DNA of 64,000 bases from Chlorokybus atmophyticus. Lineage: Eukaryota; Plantae; Mesostigma and Chlorokybus algae. The stretch is taken from assembly GCA_009103225.1 (NCBI GenBank), contig RHPI01000773.1, positions 20,955-84,954 on the forward strand, in the 5' to 3' direction. How positions within the stretch are numbered: the stretch's first letter is position 1; every line of letters begins with the position of its first letter. Below, piece by piece: positions 22,463 through 33,217 of the stretch. The notes under the pieces were generated by a model. The model saw only the letters and a program-made list of their open reading frames with translations. It ran no database searches and had not been told where the DNA came from. The translations under genes were made by a program, and so were the position numbers.

Positions 22463-23076
22463 GAGATGCTTTGAAGCCTATGCACATGCTCGGGTTGTAG
22501 CCATGGCAGCTGTAACAGCCAAGTAGTGACGCTTCACGGCTGTGCTTGTGTGCAAGGACATTTGGCAATCAGCTGGTTGCAACTTGTAGTGAACCTGGTT
22601 GTGGTGAAGCTGTAACCGCTGAGATCTACCTGTATCTGTCACCTTATGGTGCACAGCAACCCCGTTCACAAGCCATTCATGGCTGCTGTTTACGTGGTGC
22701 GCCATGCACTCTGTGCACAACAAACAAAAGGGCTGCACACACATGCATGCTGCCACCGTACCATACCCCTTATATACACAGTTGTCTCGCGCATATCCTG
22801 TACAACAACCACCGGACTTGCTTTATGCTTCACTTGCATGCATGAAGTGCAAAATAAGCAGAGTCACTGTCGCAGCGATCGACTGCAATTGCATTACCAC
22901 GACTGAAGTTGCTACAGTGTACAAGGCCTAAGGACCAACCCATCACTTATTTCGTGCACAGGATGTGTACGGGGTGCTCCATCATACATGCTGGCCCATG
23001 CAATATGTGCAAAGAATGTATGCTGCATCTGCGACGTGCTGTTACGCATGCACAGCGTCATGCAACATGCATTTAT

Positions 23077-23270
23077 CTACTAGGCTGTGCCGCACATGCG
23101 CAACCATGCGGATGTATGCGGGTGTGTGTGTTCACGTGGGTTGGGGTTAGGGTTGGGGGCATGTCAGCAACAAATTTGCGTTAGCTACTAGGCTGTGCCG
23201 CACATGCGCAACCATGCAGATGTACTCATATGGGTTGGGGTTAGGGTTGGGGTCATGTCAGTGAAATTTG
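23077..23270. repeat. Two-copy ~100-bp tandem repeat, each copy containing a telomere-like G-tract (GGGTTGGGGTTAGGGTTGGGG)
   Basis: CTACTAGGCTGTGCCGCACATGCGCAACCATGC at 23077 and 23185; G-tracts at 23138-23159 and 23232-23252. Confidence 0.85.
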
Positions 23271-23482
23271 TGTAAAAGTTCATATATATATTTGATTTTT
23301 TATATTGATATCATATGGGCTAGTCAACACACTATTACATGCAGCTGTACATGGCTCGTGTTGCTTATTAGCAGATTGCTAGACACTTATAAACATGCGT
23401 TTCAATTGTTGACGTTTCACAAGCAATATCATGACAATCAATTCTATTGATATGTGTAACACAGAATACATCTGATGGTATA

Positions 23483-23801
23483 TGTAACGGAGTGCTGCTG
23501 CTATGCGGTTGCCCGCCCCTATGTAATGAGAAATAAGGGTCCCAACGGGATAAACATAGCCATTAGAGTCGCATGAGGGCCTTTGTAGGCTTTGATTGAA
23601 TGTTATGTTATGTAATATCGATATCGACTCGAGACTCATGTCTCCAGTCGATATCGGCCACATGGCGGTGCTGCTAACGCAGCGACCGCAATAGCCAGGG
23701 GATCGAAAGATCTCCTGGCTGCCAGCAGCGGCGGCGACGTTGATGTGGTGGTGGTGTTGGGGTAGGGGATCAAAGGGGCCGGTAGCACCCCCCTTCTTAC
23801 A
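23483..23801 (+). repeat. 5' LTR of Gypsy element 2
   Basis: TG...CA termini, flanked by GTATA and followed by the PBS; aligns to 32113-32425. Confidence 0.92.
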
Positions 23802-23803
23802 TT

Positions 23804-23815
23804 TCGTATCGGAGC
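23804..23815 (+). promoter_or_regulatory. Degenerate tRNA-iMet primer binding site
   Basis: TCGTATCGGAGC, one mismatch to the TGGTATCGGAGC of element 1, 2 nt after the LTR. Confidence 0.8.
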
Positions 23816-24019
23816 GAGGGCGTGGGGGCCTGGGGGGGCGGCGACGGCTTTGGCAGCGGCGGCGCACAGAGGCGGCAGTCGACACTGCTCAGTGCCGACG
23901 TCAGGCCAGCGGCCTGACAGCGGCGGCAGCTAGCAGCCGCTACCCATTAGGGTGGGTAGTGGTGGTTGTTAGCTAGTTGTTGTTGTTGTTGTATAATTGT
24001 ATAATTGCTGCTGTTGGTG

Positions 24020-24088
24020 TAGCCTAGCCTAGCCTTGCCTTGCCTTGCTTGCTTAGCCTAGCTTAGCTTGCCTGGCCTAGCCTAGCTT
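24020..24088. repeat. Pentamer microsatellite (TAGCC/TTGCC/TAGCT variants) in the leader of element 2
   Basis: tagcctagcctagccttgccttgccttgcttgcttagcctagcttagcttgcctggcctagcctagcttg. Confidence 0.8.
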
Positions 24089-24704
24089 GTGAGTGTGAAG
24101 GGGAGGCGGCCACTCAGGCAGCCTCACCTCAAGTATTGCATCCCAGCACATCACTTGTAATAACATTATCACATTATTACTTGTGAGTGTGCTCGTGGTT
24201 GGGGCTGCCACCACGTGGATTTGTGGTGTCAGGGGGGGTTTGTGGTTGTTTTCAGTTCTCCCACCCCAAAAAAGCAGTCTAACGCCAACTTGGGCTGTTT
24301 TGGCCGCCATTCAGTGCGGTAGGGCCGCCAGATTCATTCTAAGCGGTCGATATCAAACCCTCGACTCACAACATGTTGATATCAGCCTGTAGGGCTGATT
24401 CAAAAAGAGTTTGGCACCTTTTGTGTCATTTACAATTGTGAGTTGAGCAGGGTTGTAAAAAGTGAAAACTTTGAGTTGTTGTAGCTTGTGAACCGTCGCG
24501 TGGATTCGCATATGGTTTTGTTTACAAGCGAGCATCTTGTTGAGAGGTGTTGGGCAGTCATTTTACGTGATGTTTAACCCAAGTATAGCACCTTGAAATC
24601 AACGAGAAAGAAACAACGAATTTTAACACTTTCTGAGTGCACAACTCGTGTGCTTGTGCACTCGTGCACTTGTAAACTTCTTGACGGCTTGTCTCCTTCG
24701 GCAG

Positions 24705-26465
24705 ATGTCTTACCAAGGAGAGGAAGGCGGGATGTATCCCGTTCTTGAGGATTTATCCTATGAGCCATCAAGTGATGAGGAAGTGAAGCACTTGGAAACG
24801 AGTGGTAGTTACTATGTCAATGAGGAGGAAGAAGCCAAGTCGAAGAGTGGTGAAGCTTCTTCAAAGAAGTCCTCTTATGACGAACAACCTATGGACGCTC
24901 AGAGCATCATCGGGACGGCCATAGCAAAGTACGCATCAGAGCGTGAGGCTCTTCTTGCTGCACACCCCCAGCTTCACAAGGAAGTGTGGGATGAGTGGGC
25001 GCAGCAAGTCCGTAACGCATATGAGACGGACTTCGCGGCACTCCCGCGCGCAAGCAAGGAAATGGTGATTCGCATGATCGAGCACGAGTTGACACGTAAT
25101 GTACCGCAACTCATGCGCACAGATCTAGCAGTGGCCGCTCTTATGGCCACTTATGACAAACCAGGCCCGTATCCGGGCCAAAGGATGGCATTCGAGGCTC
25201 TCACCTTATTGACGATGAAAACTCAGAAGCGTTGCAAAGACCTCTTCTGGTACTTAGGGCCTGAGCTAGAGGAGAATTTGGCCCGAGAAGAACGCTTGAC
25301 TGCACGCCTCGATGCTATGCAGTCCGAGTTGGTGGCATTACGCCAACAGGTGGCCGGGGCTACCACAATTGTAGCAGGGACATCAGTTGGCCTACCTGTC
25401 ACAGCGCTGAACAAGCCCAAGAAGTTCAAGCCCAATGGGGCTGTGAACATTCATGATTGGGTGGTGAATGTGAAGCGCTACTTGGCTGCACTTCAGCGAC
25501 CAGTTAGTGAGCATACATCTGTTGTTGAGTTGCTCATGCCACCTGACGCTTTGGCCGAGTGGGCACGTTAAACAGATATGGTGCTTCCAACACTGTGGAG
25601 GCATTGTTTCAGTTCTTGGTGGAGCGCCACGGTGGCATGGACCCGGCTACTGTTGCTCGCAGCAAGCTTACCAAGCTGCAACAGAATGGTCGAGCGGTTT
25701 CAGTGTACTTGTACCGGGAGTTTCAGGCACTCGTTGGCCGTGTGAACAGTGGGCTCATGCCCATGGACGGGGCAACCATGGGTTCCCGCGGACCTTGCAA
25801 CCTTGCAGAGGTTGAGTGTGTATCTGTTCAACGACGATGCTGCGGCTGTGCAGGACAAGTCACATGTGGTGGCTTCAGTCAAGCCACGTCGTGGAGGGGG
25901 GANNNNNNNNNNNNNNNNNNNNNNNNNNNNNNNNNNNNNNNNNNNNNNNNNNNNNNNNNNNNNNNNNNNNNNNNNNNNNNNNNNNNNNNNNNNNNNNNNN
26001 NNNNNNNNNNNNNNNNNNNNNNNNNNNNNNNNNNNNNNNNNNNNNNNNNNNNNNNNNNNNNNNNNNNNNNNNNNNNNNNNNNNNNNNNNNNNNNNNNNNN
26101 NNNNNNNNNNNNNNNNNNNNNNNNNNNNNNNNNNNNNNNNNNNNNNNNNNNNNNNNNNNNNNNNNNNNNNNNNNNNNNNNNNNNNNNNNNNNNNNNNNNN
26201 NNNNNNNNNNNNNNNNNNNNNNNNNNNNNNNNNNNNNNNNNNNNNNNNNNNNNNNNNNNNNNNNNNNNNNNNNNNNNNNNNNNNNNNNNNNNNGGGGAAG
26301 CGGTTCCCTCTACCAAGTGCGGCGAAAAAGGCTAAGATCTCATCAGCACCTGCGAGTGGTGCTACGCCTACTGCAGCACGCGCATGCTACGTGTGCCATC
26401 AGCCAGGTCACGTTGCGAAGAACTGCCCAACCAAGGGGAAGGGCAAGGCCAAGAAGGTTGAATAG
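24705..26465 (+). pseudogene. gag: gag of element 2 with long N-terminal extension (contains a stop, a frameshift and an N-gap)
   Basis: Open from MSYQGEEGG (24705) through NKPKKF...W...ARSKLTKLQQ (stop at 25569-25571, frameshift ~25710). CYVCHQPGHVAKNC knuckle after the gap. Confidence 0.85.
25903..26293. other. Assembly gap (Ns)
   Basis: Run of N flanked by G-runs. Confidence 1.
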
Positions 26466-29303
26466 GATTACGTCGTGACTGATGTACCTTCATCTAGTGG
26501 CCAGTTGCTAGTGTTATATACAGCAAATTGGTTTGATGAATTGTCTCGTGTGGATGTAACGACACATGCATGGCAAGCACATGATAAGCTGCCACGTTTT
26601 GGTAGCGAAAAAGTGGATGACAATGCTTGTGTGCTAGTGCATGTAGAGTTTAACATGCTAATAGAAGTTTTGCGCACATTGTGTTACTTACAAAGTAAAC
26701 ACACGACACTGAGTGTGATTGTCATTGTGCCCAAATATCATGCACCGTGGCTGAAGCATACTCGGGGGGGAACTGTGTTGAAACAATTCACAAAGCGTGA
26801 GACGGGGACAGTGCGGTTGTCAGCAGTATTGATTAACCCACGCATCAATCACGGAATCTTGGCTACCTTTCAAGGGCGAGTAGTACCTTCACAAGCACGG
26901 CACAGGGTATTACTAGCTCGTTCTTGGTTGACAATGGGGCAACGCATAGCTTCATATAAGAAAAATGGGTTATTCGCAATAAGTTAACGTGTAAACCCTC
27001 GGCCTTTTCAGCTGCTGGTGCTGGAGTACGTTATCAGTAAAAGGTGAAATTAAGTTCAAAGTTAAGATTGGTAGTTATCAAGCCAATTTAACTTTTATCG
27101 TAGTACCCATTGACATAGCTGGTGTTGATGTGGTATTTGGCCAAGAATGGCAAAATCAAGTGTCTATGACATTAGATACTGCTGCACGGTTGTGCATAGT
27201 AAGAAGGGGCGTAAGCGCATCACTTTGTCCGTACAGGGGTCGCATAGCTTAAAATACAAGCAAACAGACCCTGCGTTACTTACGGCGCTTCAAGTCAAGC
27301 GTGCATTACGTAAAAACACACCTGCTTTTCTACTGCACTTAACGTCGAGTGATGATGTAGTGCCTGGCAATACAGAAGGTGTGGCGGACATCATCAAAAA
27401 GTTTCAGGATGTGATCTCAGGTGAGTTGCCGAGCTTGCCCCCTGATCGAGGTGTCACACACAATACCTTTAATTCCTGATAGTGAGCCTCCATGTCGGCC
27501 TATATATAGGTTGAGCCCTCGTGAGAGGGAGGAAATGGAAACATAGATAAAAGAGTTATTGAAAAAGGGATTGATCGAACCAAGTTCTTCACCCTTTGGC
27601 ACACCCATGTTGTTTGTTATGAAAAAGAATGGGAAGTTGCTCATATGTGTGGATTACCGTGCTCTAATCAAGATCACGGTAAAGAACACTGTTCTTTATC
27701 TGTTCTTGATCTTTTTCTGGCAGATACCCGTTGCCAAGGATTGATGATGTGTTTGACAAGTTGTTAGGGAATGCGTACTTTAATATGCGAGACTTGACAA
27801 GTGGCTATCATTAAATGCGGATTCATCCTTCGGATGTCTATAAGACAGCATTCGAAAAAAACCTACGAGCCATTATCAATACAAAGTGTTACCTTCTGTA
27901 TTGACAAATGCACCCGCTGTGTTTTAGAAGGAAATGCATAAAATTTTCAATGATATGCTTAGTCAACATGTCATGATATACTTGGATGACATCATTGTCT
28001 TCAATAAAACAAAGGAAGAACATAGGCAACACTTGGAAGCGGTGTTTGCAAGATTGCGCAAGCATTGTTTGTTGGCAAATCTCGCCAAGTGTGATTTTTG
28101 TAAAACGGAGTTGCCCTTTCTTGGTCACATTGTTAGTGATGCGGGTATCAAGCATAACCCTCGCAAAGTGCAGGTTGTGAAAGAGTGGCCCCAACCTCAG
28201 AATGTCCATCAACTAAGGTCGTCTCTATAGTTGGCAAACTACTTTTGCAAGCTCGTGCTGGGGTACTCGACAGTTGTCATGCCTTTAACCAAACTGTTGC
28301 GTAAAGATGCCCCGTTCATTTGAACGATAGCACAAGAAGCTGCTATGCAAAAAGGTGAAGTTGGCTTTAACATCAGCGCCGGTGTTAGAACTGCCAAATT
28401 GGGGATAAACACTTCACAGTGGTCAGTGACGCATCAACACTTGGGTGTGGCGCGGTATGTTGCAAGATGGCAGACCTTGTGCTTATGAGAGTGGGAAGTT
28501 AATTCCTGCAGAGGTGAATTCCACTACGACAGAGCAATAACTATTGGGTATAGTTCATGCTCTTGAGACATGGAGATGTTACTTAGAGGGTGTTCAGTTC
28601 ACTGTTGTAACCAATCACAACCCGTTGGTGTATTTCTCAACACAGCAAAACTTGTCGAAACGACAAGCGCACTGGAATGAGTTTTGTCCAGGTTCACCTT
28701 TGATTGGGTGTATCGGCCGGGCAAAACCAATGTGGCTGACCCTTTGAATCGTTGCCCGTCATTACTGGCGGTGATGTGCGCGCAATTACTAGCGACACGC
28801 AGCACGTTGTCTCCCGATAATAAGTTTGTGCAAACTGTTGTACAGGGGTACAGTTTGAATCCGTGGTTTTCTATTGCAGACAACTTACAAAAGTTTGACA
28901 AACGTGACAATCTATATTACATGAGCAACGGTGTGGTAATACCTGACCATGCTGACCTGCGTGTAAAATGCATAGCGGATACACGATCCACCGTGCGCTG
29001 GGCACTTTGATAGTCGCAAGACCACTAAGGCAGCGCAACAGTTGTATTGGTGGCCATCGTTGCCTGCTAATGTGAAGCGGTATGTGGACACGTGTGTCAG
29101 ATATCAACGTGACAAACCGTTACGTTGACAAAAGCCCGCTGGGCTACTGCGACTGTTACCAGTTCCTAACAGTAAGTGGGAAAGTGTGAGTATGGACCTT
29201 ATCACTGAGCTCCCTAAGACAGCATTGGGTCATATTGCAGTTGCAGTATTTGTGGATTGTTTGACAAAAATGGTTCGCATTGTTCCTTGCCGTACGGACA
29301 TAG

Positions 29304-31028
29304 CACACCAATTGACGTCAAAGGACCATAAATGGTCCGTACCCTCGAACCGGGATTTTCCCCTGCTAAGTGAATTCCGTGGACCATGTCTGGTCCGGCC
29401 AGCGGACCATTGACCGCAATATTTATTTATAAGCATAATATGTAATGCAAATGACGGAAAAGTGCTCTATCTTGAGCCGACAGTACTGGCCACGCCCGAC
29501 CTGCGCAGCAGCAGGCTGCAGCACGAGGCCGCGGCGGCTTAGAAATGATTAGTGAGGAGCGCATACATCCACCGAGAGTCGAACCCAAGACCTTTGGAAT
29601 ACAAACACGACACCCTAACCACTAAGCTACATGTGCACGTGCCGGTAGAAATGATGCAGTACTTGCATAATAGACTGTACCGACGGCCGCTCGGCGACTG
29701 TCGGCGGCGGAAATTGCACAGGAAGTCGGCGTTGTGAATTAACAGGCCCATAGGCAGTGCATGCGCTATCAATGTGCATAGGCTGTACCAGTGTTAATCA
29801 ACGGTATGTTATTTTAGGTCATTATTGATGACACAGACAGCCGCAACTCGGCGGCTGCCAAGATTTGTAAACTACAATGCTTTGTTGGGGGCTGTCCATG
29901 AGTATGTAACCTTGTTAGGGGTTGTCAACATCCTGCTTGCGTGCGCATACACACACCTACATGTGTATATATGTAAGCATTTGTGTATTAAGTATTTATA
30001 TCATGTATACTTATATACATACGTTTACATGATATAAATATTAAAACCGCATTGCGGCACCAACGTAGGTATTTATTGGTTGGTTGGACACAATGCTTGG
30101 TCGGGGCTGTCAACCATTCTGCGGTCTCATAAGAGGCTATTATAATAAGTAACGTCATTTATGTATACTTCTTGTACGTATTTTTATATGAGACATACCT
30201 TGTATATGGCTCAACCTAAATACTATTGATATAATCATTTAAACCTGCGTATTTATGCATATACGATTTGATTCATTTGTGCACACGCTAACATTTATAT
30301 ACAGGTATATTTTATGATATATATAATAATGCATTGACGTATGCACATGTATAATGTTCATATATACGTAGATACTTAGATAAACGCATAGAACATGTCA
30401 ATGGTGCATGTCCACAAATTTTTGCAAATACACGTACGGTACTATGAAGTATGTTGATTGCATAGACAGCCCGTTACAGCTTGATTGACAGCCGGCCGGC
30501 TGTCAATCAGCCGCCGACCATTTGCGGCTATGCACTTGCGGCTGTCCACGGGTGTATAGCCGACAGTCGGTGCGGCTTGTCAATCAACACGTTAAGTGCA
30601 CTTGTGCAATCAGGCAGTTAGGCAATCTATTGTACCTTACATAGGTTGCTACCTACTCATGATACATGATACATAGCGGCAGGGCCGCGGTCACTGGTCC
30701 GTGCCAGAACGTACATGTTGCGGCGCGGACAGTGCGGTATTATGTACGGTGCGTGCTAGTAGGGCCACAGGACTGCGGGACCGCACCTGGTCCGCGTTCA
30801 AGGGCCAGCGTACGTTACTGGTCCGTGCCGCACCATGGATGGTGCGGCACGGACCATGCGTGGTGCGCGACGCCGCACCAGCCATTCACGGGCCGCGGGG
30901 CCCGGAATGGACCAGGAACGGTCCGTCCCCCGCGGACCAAGCAGTCCTGGCCCGTGGAGTACGGATCATGCATGGTCCGCGGGGTCCGTGAAAGGACCAT
31001 GCATGGTCCTTCAACGTCAAGCCGTGTG
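29304..31028. mobile_element. Non-autonomous TIR DNA transposon (CACAC...GTGTG termini, 3-bp TSD; CMC/CACTA-like) nested in integrase
   Basis: TSD TAG at 29301-29303 and 31029-31031. Imperfect 35-bp TIR (CACACcaaTTGACGTcaAAGGACCATaaATGGTCC vs CACACggcTTGACGTtgAAGGACCATgcATGGTCC). Repeated GGACC/GGTCC subterminal motifs. Removing it restores the integrase frame (...RTDI-GFRDLAMLF...). Confidence 0.9.
29565..29636 (-). pseudogene. tRNA-derived sequence (pseudo-tRNA or SINE head) inside the TIR element
   Basis: GCACATGTAGCTTAGTGGTTAGGG...TTTGTAT...AGGTCTTGGGTTCGACTCTCGG has an A-box, a B-box and a T-arm. Acceptor and anticodon stems pair poorly. Confidence 0.7.
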
Positions 31029-32112
31029 TAGGCTTCCGTGATCTAGCGATGCTTTTTATCGCGTCAGTGCTTAAGTTGCATGGCTTGCCTCGCAACATTG
31101 TCTCTGACCGTATTCCGAGGTTTGTAGCTTAGTTTTAAAAGTCGCTATGCAACTTCTTAAAGATACAGCAGCACATGAGTACCGCTTGTCATCCGCAGAT
31201 TAATAGTCAGACTGAACGCGCCAATCAAGTAATTGAGGAAACCATCCGGCATTTTGTGAGTCCGAATCAGTCTGATTGGGATATATATCCTCCAATGGCT
31301 AAGTTCGCGGTTAACAATGCATGGCATGAGAGTGTGCAGGAAACTCTGTTTTTCTTGAATTGAAAAAGCAAAGTGCATCCACAAAGTCCTGCAGTATCAA
31401 ATTGCCGGCTAACGACTTGACTCGCGTGCCTGCAGCGCGTGAGATGGCTGCGGCCATGCAAGACAGGTTAGCGTTGGCATAGAACTGTCTGCGCGCAGCG
31501 CAAGACAGACAGAAAGCTCAAGCTGATAAGCATCATAGGCAGGCCGACTATGATGTGGGCAATCCGGTGCTTTTAAGCACCGAAAACATATCCATCAAGG
31601 GAGTGGGTAGCCAAAAGTTCTTCCCTCACTGAATAGGCCCCTTCAAAGTGGTTGATCGGGTCGGCACTCATGCATGTCGTTTGGAGTTATCACAATCCAT
31701 ACGTATACATGACGTGTTTCATGTGAGTGTACTGAAACCGTACCGTTCAGACGGTCGGGTTCAACCTCCTCCACCCCCTGTTGCAGTGGATGGCGATGAT
31801 ACTTTCGAGTACGAGGTGGAAGCAATCCTTAGTCACCGTAAGCCCCGACGCGGATGCGCGCCAACTTACTTGGTGAAATGAAAAGGGTATGGTGTTGAAC
31901 ACAACACGTGGGAACCCGAAAGGAATCTTACCAAGTGCCAGGGGATTCTTTGGGCGTACTGGAATGATGTTTCCACACGCAGACGGTAAAAGGGTGCTGG
32001 CAGACATCTTTACCGCTTCGGCCCTGGTTCTTTTCTCACTGAGGTTTTCAGTGCTCACGGTGGGTCCTTGCTAACCCTTCAATAAGGACATTGAAACCTA
32101 AGTGGGGGGCAA

Positions 32113-32425
32113 TGTAACGGAGTGCTACCGCTATGCGGTTCTCCGCCCTTATTTGAATGAGAAATAAGGGTTCCAACGGGATAAACACAGCCATTAGAGT
32201 CGTATGAGGGCCTTTATAGGCCCTAATAAGGTGTTATGTTATGTAACACCGATATCGACTTGAGACTCATATCTCAAGTCGATATCGGCCGCATGGCGGC
32301 GCTGCTAACGCAGCGACCGCCATAGTCAGGGGATCTTTCGAGCGGCGGCGGCGACGGCGACGTTGCTGTGGTGGTGGTGTTTAGGTAGGGGATCAAAGGG
32401 GGCGGTAGCACCGCCCCTTCTTACA
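32113..32425 (+). repeat. 3' LTR of Gypsy element 2
   Basis: Follows the PPT, TG...CA termini, followed by TSD GTATA. Confidence 0.92.
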
Positions 32426-33217
32426 GTATATCTACTTCAACACGCTTGTACTTACCTCATATGGAGTATAGCATTGAGGTAAACAAGGCAAGAAGCAGCA
32501 ATTGCTTTGCAAAGAAACATTGTAAAAATCCCCTGGAATGGCTTAAGCAGCACCAATGAATAATAATAATGTGTATGCGACATCGTATAGTCCCTTGAAG
32601 TCCCTTGAAGCATCACATGAAGTGTATAAAAAAAGAAAAGCATTATCGTGATGTTCAAGAGGATGTGTTCATTGCTTCTTTAATAAGGTGAATTCTGTCA
32701 CCTTTGTCGATTGACCGCTATGTCATGTTTACCTTGTCGTGTTTTAGATTGCCTTTGCGACCTGACTCGGTAAACTTTGCAGGCATGCTCAAACTTGCAC
32801 TTGTGCTTTGCATCCAGTGCAAATCTCATGGTTTTGTCCAGGCGGGCTCCCCCCCTCACTGGCAGCAGCACTTGTCGCCCGCCACGTGCTATTGGCGCCA
32901 TTTCAGCATCCACCCGCGCACCAGACACCGCTTGCACCTTGACCGCCACGCGGCCGCTCTCACTGCTATACCAAGCCGGCTGCATTCCGCTCTATTCACA
33001 TTGCTGTCCTGTTTTCACCGGCTCGCCGCTACTACGCATTCAAAAACGACACACCACCACAGCCACAGCCAAAAAGTGCGACACAACTCACTCGCACATA
33101 CCCACACGCAAACACGCGCGCGCGGGCATCTCTAGACCTGCCGCATTGGCAGGGAAGGACAGGGAGGCGGAGGAGGAGTAGTAGGGGTAGGAGGTAAAGG
33201 AGGTGGGGGCGAGGGCC

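Larger units (their letters stand above)
26466..31965 (+). pseudogene. pol: pol of element 2 (extra N-terminal domain, protease, RT, RNase H, integrase, chromodomain), disrupted and interrupted by a TIR element
   Basis: FLVDNGATHSFI (~26910-26960); [18 protein letters not shown]...CVDYRAL; MIYLDDIIVF; ALETWRCYLEG...TNHNPL; SMDLITELP; LHGLPRNIVSDR (after 31029); HPQINSQTERAN; EYEVEAILSHR...YLVK...NTWEP (31807+). Many stops and frameshifts. Confidence 0.92.
23483..32425 (+). mobile_element. Full-length but decayed Ty3/Gypsy chromovirus (element 2)
   Basis: LTRs 23483-23801 and 32113-32425 (TGTAAC...TTACA, roughly 85% identical by eye). 5-bp TSD GTATA (23478-23482, 32426-32430). PBS-like TCGTATCGGAGC 23804-23815, PPT AGTGGGGGGCA 32101-32111. 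gag, PR, RT, RH, IN and chromodomain remnants. Confidence 0.95.

Noticed and set aside
25559-26478. Long ORFs spanning N-runs (also 39819-40748 and 60574-61065)
   Set aside because: Artefacts of translating assembly gaps.
29565-29636. Functional tRNA-Thr gene
   Set aside because: Acceptor and anticodon stems do not pair; recorded as tRNA-derived instead.
6328-31965. Many in-frame TAA/TAG codons in transposon ORFs suggested a reassigned code (TAR=Gln, as in some ulvophytes)
   Set aside because: Host genes (PPase, CofD-like, DRC7, PDCD5) end at TAG at the expected positions, and the TE ORFs also have frameshifts and TGA stops, so this is ordinary decay.
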